From assembly GCA_964016885.1 (NCBI GenBank), contig OZ024759.1, positions 25,792,001-25,856,000 of the forward strand: a stretch of 64,000 nucleotides of DNA, given 5' to 3'. Source of the DNA: Eledone cirrhosa (Eukaryota). Every line of letters starts with the position of its first letter. Position 1 is the stretch's first letter. The notes below the pieces were generated by a model, which was not told where the DNA came from, searched no databases, and saw nothing but the letters and a program-made list of their open reading frames with translations. Below, piece by piece: positions 43,381-58,196 of the stretch. A program made the translations under genes and the position numbers.

Positions 43381-44220
43381 CATATATACACACATACGTA
43401 TATATCTATGTATATATATATATATTTATATATATATATTATATCTGTGTGATTCTCAATGTATAATGTTCCAATATATATATATATATATGTGTGTGTG
43501 TACATATGTGTATTGATGTATGTGTGTATGCGTGTATGTATGTATTTATGTATTTGTGTTTGTATGTTTGTATGAATTTATATATGTATTTATGTCTGTA
43601 TCTGCGTGTGTGTGTGTGTATGAATGTATGTATATATGCGTCTGTATGGGTATGTGTATATGTATGTATGTGCGTGTGTGTGTGTGTACGTGTTTATGTG
43701 AGTATGTGGGTGGAGGTATTTATATAATTGATTTCATGCGCACAAATCAATATATATCAACATATGAGATGATTCGTTACAAACATAGAGATAACAACAA
43801 CAACAACAACAAATACTAATAGAACAACAACAACAACAAGAAAAACTATTATTACTACAATAAATCCCACAAGAGCAACAACAACAACAACATTACACAT
43901 AAACATATGTAGGTAAAACAAAACAAAAAAATATGTTATAGAAAAAACATACACATAAACGTATAAAAGACCGCAGTATTAATTTGTTCGTTATAGAGAT
44001 ATATTTATGCGTTGTGTTACAATTGTGTAGCGTGTAATGGCGGTGTAGTGGCTGTAATGGTGTTGGTGGTGGTGTAGCGCTGTATATAGACAGTTTGATT
44101 GAAGGCTGTGTGTAAAATATATATCTATACATATGGCTGATGTGTTTCTGTTTTTATGAAGATATGAATATAAATACATATACCCCAGCATACGCACACA
44201 CATATATATATATATATACG

Positions 44221-44304
<84 letters not shown>

Positions 44305-44508
44305 CATACATACATATATACACACATACATACATATATACGTATATGTGTATATATGTATATATATATACACACATACATACATATATACGTATATGTG
44401 TATATATGTATATATATATACACACACATACATACATATATGTATACTGAGGTATATATATATATTTATGTATATATAAATATATATTAATATATATATA
44501 TATATGTG

Positions 44509-44541
<33 letters not shown>

Positions 44542-44550
44542 ATTTGTGTA

Positions 44551-44588
<38 letters not shown>

Positions 44589-44612
44589 CACTATACATAT
44601 CTATATATATTC

Positions 44613-44644
<32 letters not shown>

Positions 44645-46178
44645 TTGTAAATATGCATAAGAACATATGTATTCGCATCTTTCTTCCTATATATAATTGA
44701 ATAATTATTTTGCTGGTTGTTGCACATACAGCTGAATACATACATACTTGTACACACACACACACACACACACATATATCTATATATGCATTTGTACTCT
44801 AGCCTACACACATGCATACGTGCACATACATACTGACATACATACATACATCTGTATAGAGGCGTGTGTCGATGCAAACGCTACATGAGTATTTACGTAT
44901 CTACCTGACACACACACACACACACACACATATATATTATTACATATGGGAGTAAAAATTAGGAAGGAAAAACCGCAAAAAGTAAGGAAGAGCGGGAATG
45001 ACTGGGAGTGTGTGTGTGTGCGTGAGAGAGATAAGGATAGAGAGGGAGGAGGGAGAGAGAGAGAGAGTGAGAGACTGATATAGGCAGTTTTTAGTGTGTG
45101 TGTGTATAATAGATAGATAAGTACTGTAGACGGTGTATGATAAGCTACACTATAGCTACACAACAAAATATTTTTGCCGCCATATTAACACGCTATATTG
45201 TACAAGAGGTGTTCAGTGATGTGTAAAGAGAATGCAGGTTTCTACGAACCCCTCCTCTCTATAGAGTCCTATAGTAATTACTGGAAGTAGTTGTAATAAT
45301 TTTTGTAAGACATTACTACAACACTGCATTAGTGCACCACAGCACTACTGCAACAGATGAAGTCACTGCACTACTAAATATCTGTGGCATGAATGGGTGG
45401 TGAAATGGGACAGTCGTTTCAGTTTGAGACAGTTTCTATTGATATTTGTTTGCATTTGACCATAGGTGACATCCCACCCCCCGAGATTGTTTTTTTTTAT
45501 ATCTTCCTTTCTGGGACGATGGATTGGTAGAGTTCTTAGAGGATCTGTCGAAATTCATTGTAATATTTATTCCAACTCTTTGTGGTCAGCGTTCTAATCC
45601 CGGTGTGACTTACTAGGGGGAGATAATTCCCTGTCCATTTGTTGCAAACGTTTGGGCCATTTGGAGTTTAATTTCTTACACATCTACGTGTCTTGAAGAC
45701 CCTTTAAAAACGGGGATTTGCCTGCTACTTTTAGTTGGCCATGTAGAGGACTCCTTGTTGACTTCATTTTGTTGATTATGATAATGATGATGATGACAGT
45801 TGTAAAGTTTTGACAAGACTAAGCTGCAATAGCAAAAACAGCAACAGTAGTACTAGTAGTATTAGTAGTAGTAGAATCGATGTAGTAGAATCATATTAAT
45901 TATTATGAATATACTTATGTCTCAATCCATTGAGACAACTACTAACACACACTGACACACATATGAATTATATATATATATATGTATATATGTATATATA
46001 CATATATACATATATACATACATATATATATTAGGATAGCCCTTAGAAATAGGTAATCCCCCCCCCCTCCCTAATCTTGTCCCAATGAACAAACACACAG
46101 GGTGTGCAAAATTTCAGCTCATCCGGACAACGGTTAGGCGACCCTCAAACGCATTGAAGTTGGAACATAGTATACGCA

Positions 46179-46510
46179 TTATCTTTGCATAAGAGAGGAT
46201 TCAGTGGCAGTTGGGTATGTTTTATAGTTTTCGGTAACGATCTGTAAAACAAATTGTTTCGCAGTTTCATCTTTTGTGAGAATGTTGTTATAATCCTGAA
46301 TGAGTTTGGCACCTCTTTCTGCAACATCATTCACAACAACTGTCTTCTCAAGTTTTTCAAGTCCACTTGTGTATCCAGGATCATCCTTCTATGTTGAAGG
46401 GTCTTTGTCGAGGAAATCGGTGCTGATAGAAAATCTTGTGAAGAAAGTTTTTGTACCAGGAGTTACAAAAGACGAAACTCGATGTTTGTAAAGGAAGAAA
46501 AGTCTTTGTC
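46179..46510 (-). pseudogene. hAT (hATm-like) transposase C-terminal remnant
   Basis: Manual translation SSFVTPGTKTFFTRFSISTDFLDKDPST*KDDPGYTSGLEKLEKTVVVNDVAERGAKLIQDYNNILTKDETAKQFVLQIVTENYKTYP; shows the VVND.AERG.KLI motif and an in-frame stop. This frame is not in the ORF track. Confidence 0.8.
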
Positions 46511-46545
46511 TGTTTCCAGCATAACTTGATTAATATTTGCCTTAA

Positions 46546-46835
46546 CCTCTCCTTGCTCTCCTTTTCTCATTGCTCTATTTGCTCTCCTTTCTCCTTGCAC
46601 TCCTTGCTCTCCTTTTCTCCTTGCTCTCCTTGCTTTCCTTTTCTCCTTGCTCTCCTTGCTTTCCTTTTCTCCTTGCTCTCCTTTTCTCCTTGCTCTCCTT
46701 CCTCTCCTTTTCTCATTGCTCTCCTTCTATCCTTGCTTTCCTTGCTCTGCTTTTCTCATTGCTCTCCTTTTCTCATTGCTCTACTTGCTCTCCTTTTATC
46801 CTTGACTCCTTGCTCTCCTTTTATCCTTCCTCCTT
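46546..46835. repeat. Pyrimidine-rich ~9-10-bp degenerate tandem repeat (ctccttgct/ctccttttc)
   Basis: Directly visible inside the hAT element. Confidence 0.9.
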
Positions 46836-47423
46836 GTATCTATGTACTTGTTTATATACAAATACAATGAGAAAAGGGGAGCAAGGAGAAATATGAAAGC
46901 AAGTATTGTAAGGGGAGTATATATATACATATCATTTTAACTTTCGGGTAATTACCTATTGCTATAGACCACCGTAATACACATATATATTTCTCTCAGC
47001 TGTCATCCACATACGGATATATGTATATTACGGTGGCTCTTAGCAATAGGTATTTACCCGAAAGTTAAAATTTTGCTGTTCTCACAGCGGAAAATAGGTG
47101 TTTGCGCTCTGTCCCCAGCATTGCAAGTTGCCTTCCCATTATATTTATTGTCACTTATCTTTCTAATACCAACAATATGTCTGAACAAGTTTTTAATTTA
47201 AGAGAAAATTATGTAGGGCATAAACATTTTTATCTGAAAACTTCAAAATTTCGTGGTCAATGAGGGTCACCTCGCAGTTATCCGCTTGAGCTAAAATTGT
47301 TGCATAGATTGTTTTTTTTTAATGGAACCAAGATAAGGGGATGAGAGCTAAACCTTTAGAGCCACCCTAATATATATATATATACATACATATATATATA
47401 CATGTATACACACACACACACAT

Positions 47424-47461
<38 letters not shown>

Positions 47462-47660
47462 GAGATGTATTTTAATTATGTCTCATATAAAATAATACAG
47501 CTGGCTATCCGCAAAATACATATAGTTGGCACCCAAACGTAAAATTGGGATTATACTAAGATATATCCTAATGTTTGTTGAGTGAGATGGAAGCCAGTCA
47601 GAGTATAGCTTAAAGCTTTCTCTGTTAATGTATTAAATATATATATATATATATATATAT

Positions 47661-47722
47661 AGGAAAAGAGTGAGGACCCCGACGGCTGAGCTCCGGCCGT
47701 TTCGACAGCTAGATCCGAACTG
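47661..47722 (-). mobile_element. Family A single-arm fragment
   Basis: ggaaaagagtgaggaccccgacggctgagctccggccgtttcgacagctagatccgaac after (TA)n. Confidence 0.72.
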
Positions 47723-48372
47723 TTTGTATGTATATATGTACATATATGTACATTTATCTGTATGCATAAATACTTACGTTCATACATATTTACATACATG
47801 CGAGAGAGAGAGAGAGAGAGAAATATCAACAAGGAAACAATAATACAAGGAAGAGAAAAAGAAAGATGAAGAGACAGAGAGAAGAGAAAACGTTAAGAAT
47901 GAGGGTGAGACGACGAGAGTAGTAGTGTGGTGTGGGTGGTGGTGAGAGGAAAGGGCTCCAGGAAAGGTACGAAATTCTTCACTTTTGGGGGGCAGTTATA
48001 GCAGGTAGGGGTAGAAAGCGGGTGGGGTAGATGAAGTGAGGGTGGGGGTAGAAGGGGAGGGATGGGGAGGAATGAGGGCATGGGTAGAGGTGAGGGTGGG
48101 ATAGAAGTGAGGGTGTGTAAATATAGAGGACCCCCCCCAACACTTCGGTAGTATGTGGTTAGATGGTGGGGCCGAGAAATATGTCTGGAGAGAGAAGAGC
48201 GGCTGACTGGTTGGAGTGGGTTAGGGATGTTGGTGCCTTGGTGTTGTTGTTGAACACCTTATCTTGTAGCTTCATGTAATTCCGAACATTTGAAAGATTT
48301 TTTCGGTGAAAAAAACCAAAAAACTGAGTGACGTTGTTGTTGTTATTGTTTTTATTGTGTTGTCGTTGTTGT

Positions 48373-48420
<48 letters not shown>

Positions 48421-48604
48421 ATTGTTTCTACTTTTGGCACAAGGCCATCAATTACCCAGTACATTACTGGTACTTTATTTTATCAACCCCGTAAGGATGA
48501 AAGGCAAAGTTAACCTCGGCGAGATTTGAACTCAGACCGTAAAGGGAGGACGTAACTATGCTGGAAAGCATGGCGTCCGACTCTCTACCGTTACTGGCAA
48601 TCCA
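48421..48604 (-). mobile_element. Octopus-type tRNA SINE
   Basis: tttctacttttggcacaaggcc...ccccgtaaggatgaaaggcaaagttaacctcggcgagatttgaactcag. Confidence 0.85.
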
Positions 48605-49063
48605 TAATAATAATACTTATATCTATCTATCTCTCTCTCTCTTTATATATATATATATATATAGATATATATATATATAGGTAAATAAATATATATATAT
48701 ATATATATTTATTTATTTATATAGGTATAGATATATATACACGAACACACATATATATATATAGATACATATACATACATATATATATATGTAAAGTATA
48801 TTTGTGGTGATATTGGTAATTTCCAATATAGATCCTGGTAAAGCTGAGAGAAGCTCGATGCTATCTAGTTTCCTAGATACAGCAGTAATTCAAAATTGAC
48901 TGATTTTCACATCCGTTGCAAATTCTGTTATTAACTGTTAGGCTAAGGACTGGACTGTAGGGGACAGATTTTACATTGAGCTAATTATCTTACTGGTAAT
49001 CGGGTAGTGTACATTATTACCCTTATCTTATTCATATTTTTATATATAAATATGACTATTACT

Positions 49064-49099
<36 letters not shown>

Positions 49100-49265
49100 T
49101 TAAAAATATGTCCGGCGTTGCTAACATCACGGAACAACACAGTCTTCCCCCATTAGTCGACCGTTGTTTCAGTCTTTTAAGATAGAGGATATATATATAT
49201 ATATATAATGTATATATATGTGTATATATATGTGTATGTATATATATGTGTATATATATATATGC

Positions 49266-49343
<78 letters not shown>

Positions 49344-49658
49344 GTATATATATACATATGTATATATATACATATGTATATATGGAGGCAAATAAGGAAC
49401 GAAATTTATGAAGTTTGTGTTATTTTGTAAATGGTTGAATATTTAGAGAGGAAAATTCAAGGAACAAATATGGCGGCATTTTTTAGTGTAAAGACGGCGG
49501 TAGCTGGGAGTGAAAAAATGGCGGCCTAATAGAAGCTGCCATGTTTAATGAATATTTGACTCTCTTTAGGAATTACTAAGAATTGCTAGACTGATGGGGT
49601 AGACACCACATAACATAGTCGCATACATACCGTAAATATCTTCTACCTACCTACCTAC

Positions 49659-49802
<144 letters not shown>

Positions 49803-50353
49803 GTATTTATCGTCATTTCTATCTATCTAAATAACGCTCCTTTTCTCTCACCCTCTCTCTCTCTATGTATGTATATATATACATACATATATATATACAT
49901 AGCTGTAGGTATGTGATTGAGTATGCATGCGTCTGTGTTAGTTTATTTAACTGTGTATTTGGGTACGTGGAGAAAGGAAGATGTGTTATATACACGCTGG
50001 GATAGCCACATATATTCAAATAGAAAAACACTCACGACATGTTGTAGTGTGTTTGTGTATGTAGGGTGGCTATCTGGGTTGTGTATATAGATGTAGATTT
50101 ATATACACACGGACGTTATATACATATATACATGTAGTATCCATCATCATACACAGATACATCATTGTATATATATGTGTGTGTGTGTATAGGTATATAT
50201 ATATCTGCCATTTCTCCAAAGCACCTATTTTACAAAATATATACATACATACGTAGATGCATATAAAATTCCGAGCCACGTACATATGAAATATATAGAT
50301 ACACACGGAAACACATGTGTATATATAGAATTCTATATATACTAAACATTTTA

Positions 50354-50417
<64 letters not shown>

Positions 50418-50533
50418 GCACATACATTAATATTCATATATATATATATATACACACACACACATATATATATGCACCATTATATATATATATATATAGA
50501 CACATACACTAACAGACGCAGACACACAGGCAC

Positions 50534-50596
<63 letters not shown>

Positions 50597-50833
50597 ATAT
50601 TTCCAAAGCCTCTATTATACAAGATAGTATTCGGTACTGCATTTGCCAACCTTCTGTTATGGTAACCAGTCTTAAACAAACAGATGAAGAGCTGCTTAAA
50701 AGTCTATCATTGCTTTTATATATTCACATACGTTGAGCATATATATATATATATATATGTGTGTATAAATATTTATATATATATTTATATATATATATTT
50801 ATGTATATATATATATATGTATATATATATATT

Positions 50834-50906
<73 letters not shown>

Positions 50907-51039
50907 TTATTTATATAATTGTATGTATTTACACATATATACACATACACATTATGCCAACAAATACAGACATCCTCATAGACATGCATATACGGATGTA
51001 TATGCATGTCTTTCTTCGTGAATCTTTCACTCATCGAAT

Positions 51040-51183
<144 letters not shown>

Positions 51184-51197
51184 ATAGAGAGAGAGAG

Positions 51198-51265
<68 letters not shown>

Positions 51266-51650
51266 TGTGTGTCCGTGCCAGTTTATATATATGTGTCTCT
51301 CTTTGCGCGTTTCAAATATTTCTTTTGATGTTCTACCGAACATCTAAATATGCGCGAAAGATTAGAAATAAGATAAATTGAATATTAAAATTTAAATTAT
51401 AGAGAAAGTTAATTGTACACGCAAACACACAAACACAAATAAATATATATATATGTATATATATGTGTGTATATATATATATATTATATACACACACATA
51501 TATATACATATATATTTATTTGTGTTTGTGTAAGTGTGTGTGAGTGTGTTTGCGTGTACAATTAACTTTAACTATATATATAATATGCGTATTTGTATAT
51601 AGTTATTTGACTTACATTTATAACCATATTAATCTACATATATAAATAAA

Positions 51651-51721
<71 letters not shown>

Positions 51722-51892
51722 ACTAGTATAAATATATATTTTCATCTTATTGTCTCTTTCTCTCTTTTTCCTCGGTCTCTCCCCTCTCTCTCAATGTATA
51801 TACATATGTATATATCCATTATTAATTCATATTAATTCATATTAATATGTATATATATTAGATATTAATATTGTGTGTATGTTTATATATAT

Positions 51893-51958
<66 letters not shown>

Positions 51959-51981
51959 GTAACCTTACATCCATATGTATA

Positions 51982-52022
<41 letters not shown>

Positions 52023-52747
52023 GTACGTATTTATATACATATCTACATAACTATATACATATATGCACATACATACATTCATCCATATATACATATATTT
52101 ATACTAATGATATATGATGAAAACAAATTTCGCAGCTGAAATACGTTAAAACATCTGTAATTGAAATCTAAATAAAATTGCTAAAAACCAACCACATCTG
52201 GTAAAAAAGTTAGAATTTATATAAACTTTCATATTTGAATTGCACAGTTTAAATATTCCTTTGGACTGCTCTTCGAAACGATTCTCTTTTCATATCATGA
52301 ATTATTCCCCTCTGTGTGTGTCTGTATGTGTCTATTTTATTTACTTATATACTTCATTTTCCTTTCTTTCTCATTATTTCTGTTTTATTTCCCTAAATCG
52401 TAATGTTAAAAGCCGACATATATAAATGACCTCGGTCCTTCGTTTTTCTGATTATCTTCGTTTTAACTTTAGACGTCTAAATATGTATTTCACCTTATTA
52501 AAGATGAAATACAGAAAACATTTCCTACTCTTCCCCCCCCCCCCCCCCCCCCCGCCATCAACTTCTTAATGTTCTCTTTTCTTTCTTTTCTCTTCTGGAA
52601 CATTCATTTTCTCGGGTGAAAATAACGAAGAGATATGCGGAAATAAAATAAACATAACAACTAAAATCAACAATGGGGCAAAGGTGAAGCACTGATACAC
52701 TTATATATTTCCGACCGTTTGTGTGGATACAATTATATATATATATG

Positions 52748-52794
<47 letters not shown>

Positions 52795-53017
52795 ATATAT
52801 ATATATATGTATATATATATATGTTTATTTATTTATTTATATAAACATATATGTATGCACAACACATACACACGCACACACACACTCACATATATATATA
52901 CCTCCATATATACATTTACTACCATATATTATTAACACATACGCATATATGTTTGCTGTTTTGGGATTTGTTGGCGTTGTTGTTGTTGTTGTTGTTATTA
53001 TTATTATTATTATTATT

Positions 53018-53207
53018 AGCGGTGGATTGGCAGTATCAGTAGAGGGTCGGACGCCATGCTTTGCAGCAAAGAGTTATGGCCCTTTACGGTCTGAGTTCAA
53101 AACCTGTCGAGGTTATCTTTGCCTTTCATCCTTACGAGGTCGATAAAATAAAGTACCAGTAATACATTGTGATAATTGCTGGCCTTGTGCCAAAAGTAGA
53201 AACAATT
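53018..53207 (+). mobile_element. Octopus-type tRNA SINE with (ATT)n tail
   Basis: Head gcggtggattggcag, B box gagttcaaaacc, end ggccttgtgccaaaagtagaaacaatt. Confidence 0.85.
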
Positions 53208-53242
53208 GTTATTATTATTATTATTATTATTGTTATTGTTAT

Positions 53243-53584
53243 TCCTTGAATCTCAGTCATTGATGTTGGTTAACTGGAAAGTCCGTTGGATTGAATATCA
53301 AGCCACTACCTGCAGCCTCAGATATTCAGGACGTATCGGAGGGTTCTTGCCGTTCCAAGCAAGCATGCCTTTTGAAGCGTTCCAAAAAGCGTGAAGGGGC
53401 CGATTTTCTTTAACCATCCCTGGAAACCTTTGGAGATAGTCCCCAGTGCGCCTATGACAATCGGGATCACTTTGACTTCATGGCAGTTCCAAATCCTTTT
53501 CACCTCCCACTTTAGGTCCTGGTATCGGTTAATTTTCTCCCTCTCCTTCTCTTGCACTCTCGTGTCGAACGGGCAGGCCACATC

Positions 53585-53587
<3 letters not shown>
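53243..53587 (-). mobile_element. 5'-truncated R4/Dong-clade non-LTR retrotransposon (restriction-like endonuclease C-terminus)
   Basis: IDVACPFDTRVQEKEREKINRYQDLKWEVKRIW...VIPIVIGALG...LQKACLLGTARTLRYVL* (53318-53587); (TAA)n on both flanks, the known Dong target. Confidence 0.9.
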
Positions 53588-53665
<78 letters not shown>

Positions 53666-54135
53666 CGTTCTAATTCTGCCAGTTCCTACTATGTCAGGGT
53701 TCTCAACATTCTGGTATTTACAGCCTCAGTTAAAAGTCAGTTTATTTATTGTGACAAATATCTTGTTAGTTCCGAGAGTCGGTGAATACAGAAAGGGGTG
53801 AGAAGGATGGTGAGGGGTGGTGTTGGTGGTTTAACTATTTCAGAAGGCTGGCCTAACTTACTGAGTTTCTTATAAACTTGGGTGGAGATGTATGTACTTT
53901 AATGATTATCATAGTGGCGTAGTTGGTGAAAGTATGTATAGTAGTGGTGGTGGTAATGGTAGTCGCGTTCGTGATCGTGGTCGTGGTAGTAATGGTTATT
54001 GTGGTAATGTCAATTGTGCTAAAATAAATAGGTAACTCATATCCTCATTGAATTAATTAGTAGATACTTTTTAAAGTAGAGCTTTAATACATACAAATAT
54101 ATATTAAAATCATATATATTAAGATGTATAACTGA

Positions 54136-54193
<58 letters not shown>

Positions 54194-54250
54194 GTAGAGA
54201 AAGATAACTTTATGTAAGTATATATATGTATTTATGTATATATTTATATA

Positions 54251-54333
<83 letters not shown>

Positions 54334-54508
54334 GTTTATATATATATATATATATTTATTTATACATGAAAGAGTCAGGGTCCCGATTCTTTAACCGTAC
54401 TCTACTAACCTAAGTATAGATTAGTCAGGAGAGTAATGCTGTACCCAGTTTCTAACTGAATCATCCTGATATATATATATATATATATATAAATAAAAAA
54501 AAAACAAA

Positions 54509-54581
<73 letters not shown>

Positions 54582-54797
54582 GGAGAATCTGTTACAACAA
54601 GCCTGATGAAGAGATAGAAAGAGTACCAATTATTTGGTCCGCGTAATTCCTGTAAAAATGTCTGTATTTGAGGCCAAAATGTCAGAATATTTGGTGGAGA
54701 TAAGAGAGGGGGTGACACTATGAATAACAATATTGTAAATCACTTAAATAATTTGGTCCTCTCGTAGTAATGGAATAGCACCAAGTGTACATATACC

Positions 54798-54919
<122 letters not shown>

Positions 54920-55008
54920 TAAGTATACATAAGTTTATATACATAGACATATAATGATTTATTTGTATATATACACACACATATATAAATATATATATAT
55001 GTGTGTGG

Positions 55009-55063
<55 letters not shown>

Positions 55064-55142
55064 TATATACACATATGTAAATATATCCGTAGTGTGATCG
55101 TAAATAAGAAACATAACATCTAACACACAATATACAACAGAC

Positions 55143-55760
55143 ATCATACACTGTATATCACACACCATACACTATATACCATACACTATATACCACACAC
55201 CATACACTATATATTACACACCATACACTATATACCACACACCATACACTATATATCACACACCATACACTGTATATCACACACCATACACTATATACCA
55301 CACACCATACACTAAATACCACACACCATACACTATATATTACACACCATACACTATATATCACACACCATACACTATATACCACACACCATACACTATA
55401 TATCACACACCATACACTATATATCACACACCATACACTATATACCATACACCATACTCTATATACCACACACCATACACTATATATCACACACCATACA
55501 CTATATATCACACACCATACACTATATACCACACACCATACACTATATATCACACACCATACACTATATATCACACACCATGCACTATATACCATACACC
55601 ATACTCTATATACCACACACCATACTCTATATATCACACACCATACACTATATATCACACACCATACACTATATATCACACACTATAAACTATATATTAG
55701 ATACTATACACTATATATCACACCCATACGCCATATACCATACACTATACACTATGTATC
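55143..55760. repeat. 21-bp minisatellite TATA(T/C)CACACACCATACACTA, about 29 copies
   Basis: Directly visible tandem array. Confidence 0.95.
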
Positions 55761-56082
55761 ACACACAATACATTGTACCAGACAATATATTTAGATTCAA
55801 CGTTGCAGTGTCTAAACTATGAGTGTTTGTTGTTGAAATCCTTCCCCAAATTATATGAACATGTAAAACTGTTTTGTCAGATGTAACATATTGTTTTGGC
55901 TGTCAACAACCATGGGGTGAGAGAGAGGAGGGCATAGAGAGATAGTGAAAGGGAGAGAAAGTTAGAGAGAGAGTTAGAGAGTGAGAGAGAGAAAGTAGGA
56001 TATATATAAAGAGAGAGCGTGGGATAGAGGGATAGACAGATAGATAGGGAGATAGAGAAAGAGAGAGTGGCTGGAGAGTGAG

Positions 56083-56174
<92 letters not shown>

Positions 56175-56654
56175 TGAGAGAGAGAGAAGAGAGGGGGGGG
56201 GGGAGAAAGAGATGGTGGTTATAGCTGTCAGAGATGTCTTCTAAATGTCACCCCTAACTATTCATTAGGCATGTATATTTTGTACCTAATGTATACATTT
56301 TATACATCCGATTCGTACAATTGCACACACACACACACACCCACAAACGTGTACACGGACAGGGACACACATATATATATATGCATGTGTAGGTTCCTGT
56401 CCCGCCTTAATGGCTTCTCTGAGTAGAACCATATATATATACACTAACCCCCTCTCTCCATTCGGTCTATCCATCTCATTCACTTTTTCTTCCTCTCTCT
56501 CACTTTATTGTGGTATGTCTCTCTATCTATGTGTGTGCCACTTGCATTATATACATATATATATATAGATAGATAGATAGATATTCCCGAGCAGTGTTGG
56601 AAATAGCCAGAGTTAAAAATGGTAGTCAATACATAGGTAGAGTATAGGCATTTT

Positions 56655-56747
<93 letters not shown>

Positions 56748-56764
56748 GTATATATATGTATATA

Positions 56765-56914
<150 letters not shown>

Positions 56915-56954
56915 GTATATATATATGTATATATGTATATATATATATATATAT

Positions 56955-57168
56955 TAGAAAGTGAGGTTTTTTTTACAAAATGAAAAATAACCGAGGTGTC
57001 CTACACGAGTGAAAGTATAAAGAAAAAAAGATGAAATCGAAAATGCAACTGGAGTCTTATTTAAAAATATATATATATTTATTTGGTCCCTTTACCGGTT
57101 TCGCAGTTCTTCTGCTTTTCAAAAGTAGAGTTGAGATGGAGGGTCTGTGGTTTTTCTCACATTGTAGT
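56955..57168 (-). mobile_element. Family B short element in (TA)n
   Basis: Near-identical to 21544-21760. Confidence 0.8.
57090..57125 (-). ncRNA. Minimal type I hammerhead ribozyme, U3-A8 core variant
   Basis: Minus strand reads ctt-TTGAAAA-gcag-aagaa-ctgc-GAAAC-cg-GTA-aag; palindromic ACCGGT in stem III; AATAAA just downstream. Confidence 0.68.
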
Positions 57169-57238
<70 letters not shown>

Positions 57239-57276
57239 ACTACAATCATAAATGCATCTGTCTGTCTCTCTCTCTA

Positions 57277-57314
<38 letters not shown>

Positions 57315-57334
57315 TACAATCATATGTGCATATG

Positions 57335-57393
<59 letters not shown>

Positions 57394-57742
57394 AATATAC
57401 ATCTATATATATGTATATTAGAGAGATATACAAAAGCTAGTTCAGGTTAAAAGAGAAAATGTTCCCTAATGTATATACAAATATATAAATATATATATAT
57501 ATATATACATTAGAGAACATTTTCTCTTTTAACCTGAACTAGCTTTTGCGTATCCAGGTGCATGCATTTAAGCTTAAAGGAGAGTTCTACCAACGTATAT
57601 TGCCTCTTCTAATCATGAGTATAGACGGTTAGGTGTGTTTATTTGTAAGGATATTCATAATAAAAACATAATGACCAATGGTATTATTGTAATAAATTGC
57701 ATTTGTATTATATAGCACTTCATATATATATATATATCGAAT

Positions 57743-57888
<146 letters not shown>

Positions 57889-58153
57889 GAATGTGTAACG
57901 GTATAATATAAATAGCTGTTAATCTGTCTCATTCTATTGCCTCCCAACCTCATCTCTTTATACGTACGTCTATAATGGATATTTTGCGAAAAGCTCTTAT
58001 TTATACGCGAGTATGTATATGTATACGAGTATATACACACACACACCCAAACTCTCTCTCTCTCACACACTCACACACACATATATATACATATAAACAC
58101 ACTCACATATATATATATATACACATATCTCTCTCTTTCTACATATATGTGTG

Positions 58154-58196
<43 letters not shown>

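Larger units (their letters stand above)
46031..47370 (-). mobile_element. Internally deleted hAT-superfamily (hATm-like) DNA transposon
   Basis: Degenerate TIRs of about 115 bp (TTAGGATAGCCCT... / ...AGAGCCACCCTAA, with tgcaaaatttcagctc and gaccctc mirrored) enclosing a transposase remnant. Confidence 0.75.

Noticed and set aside
54603-54626. CTGATGA...GAAA hammerhead candidate
   Set aside because: There is no pairable stem II or stem III.
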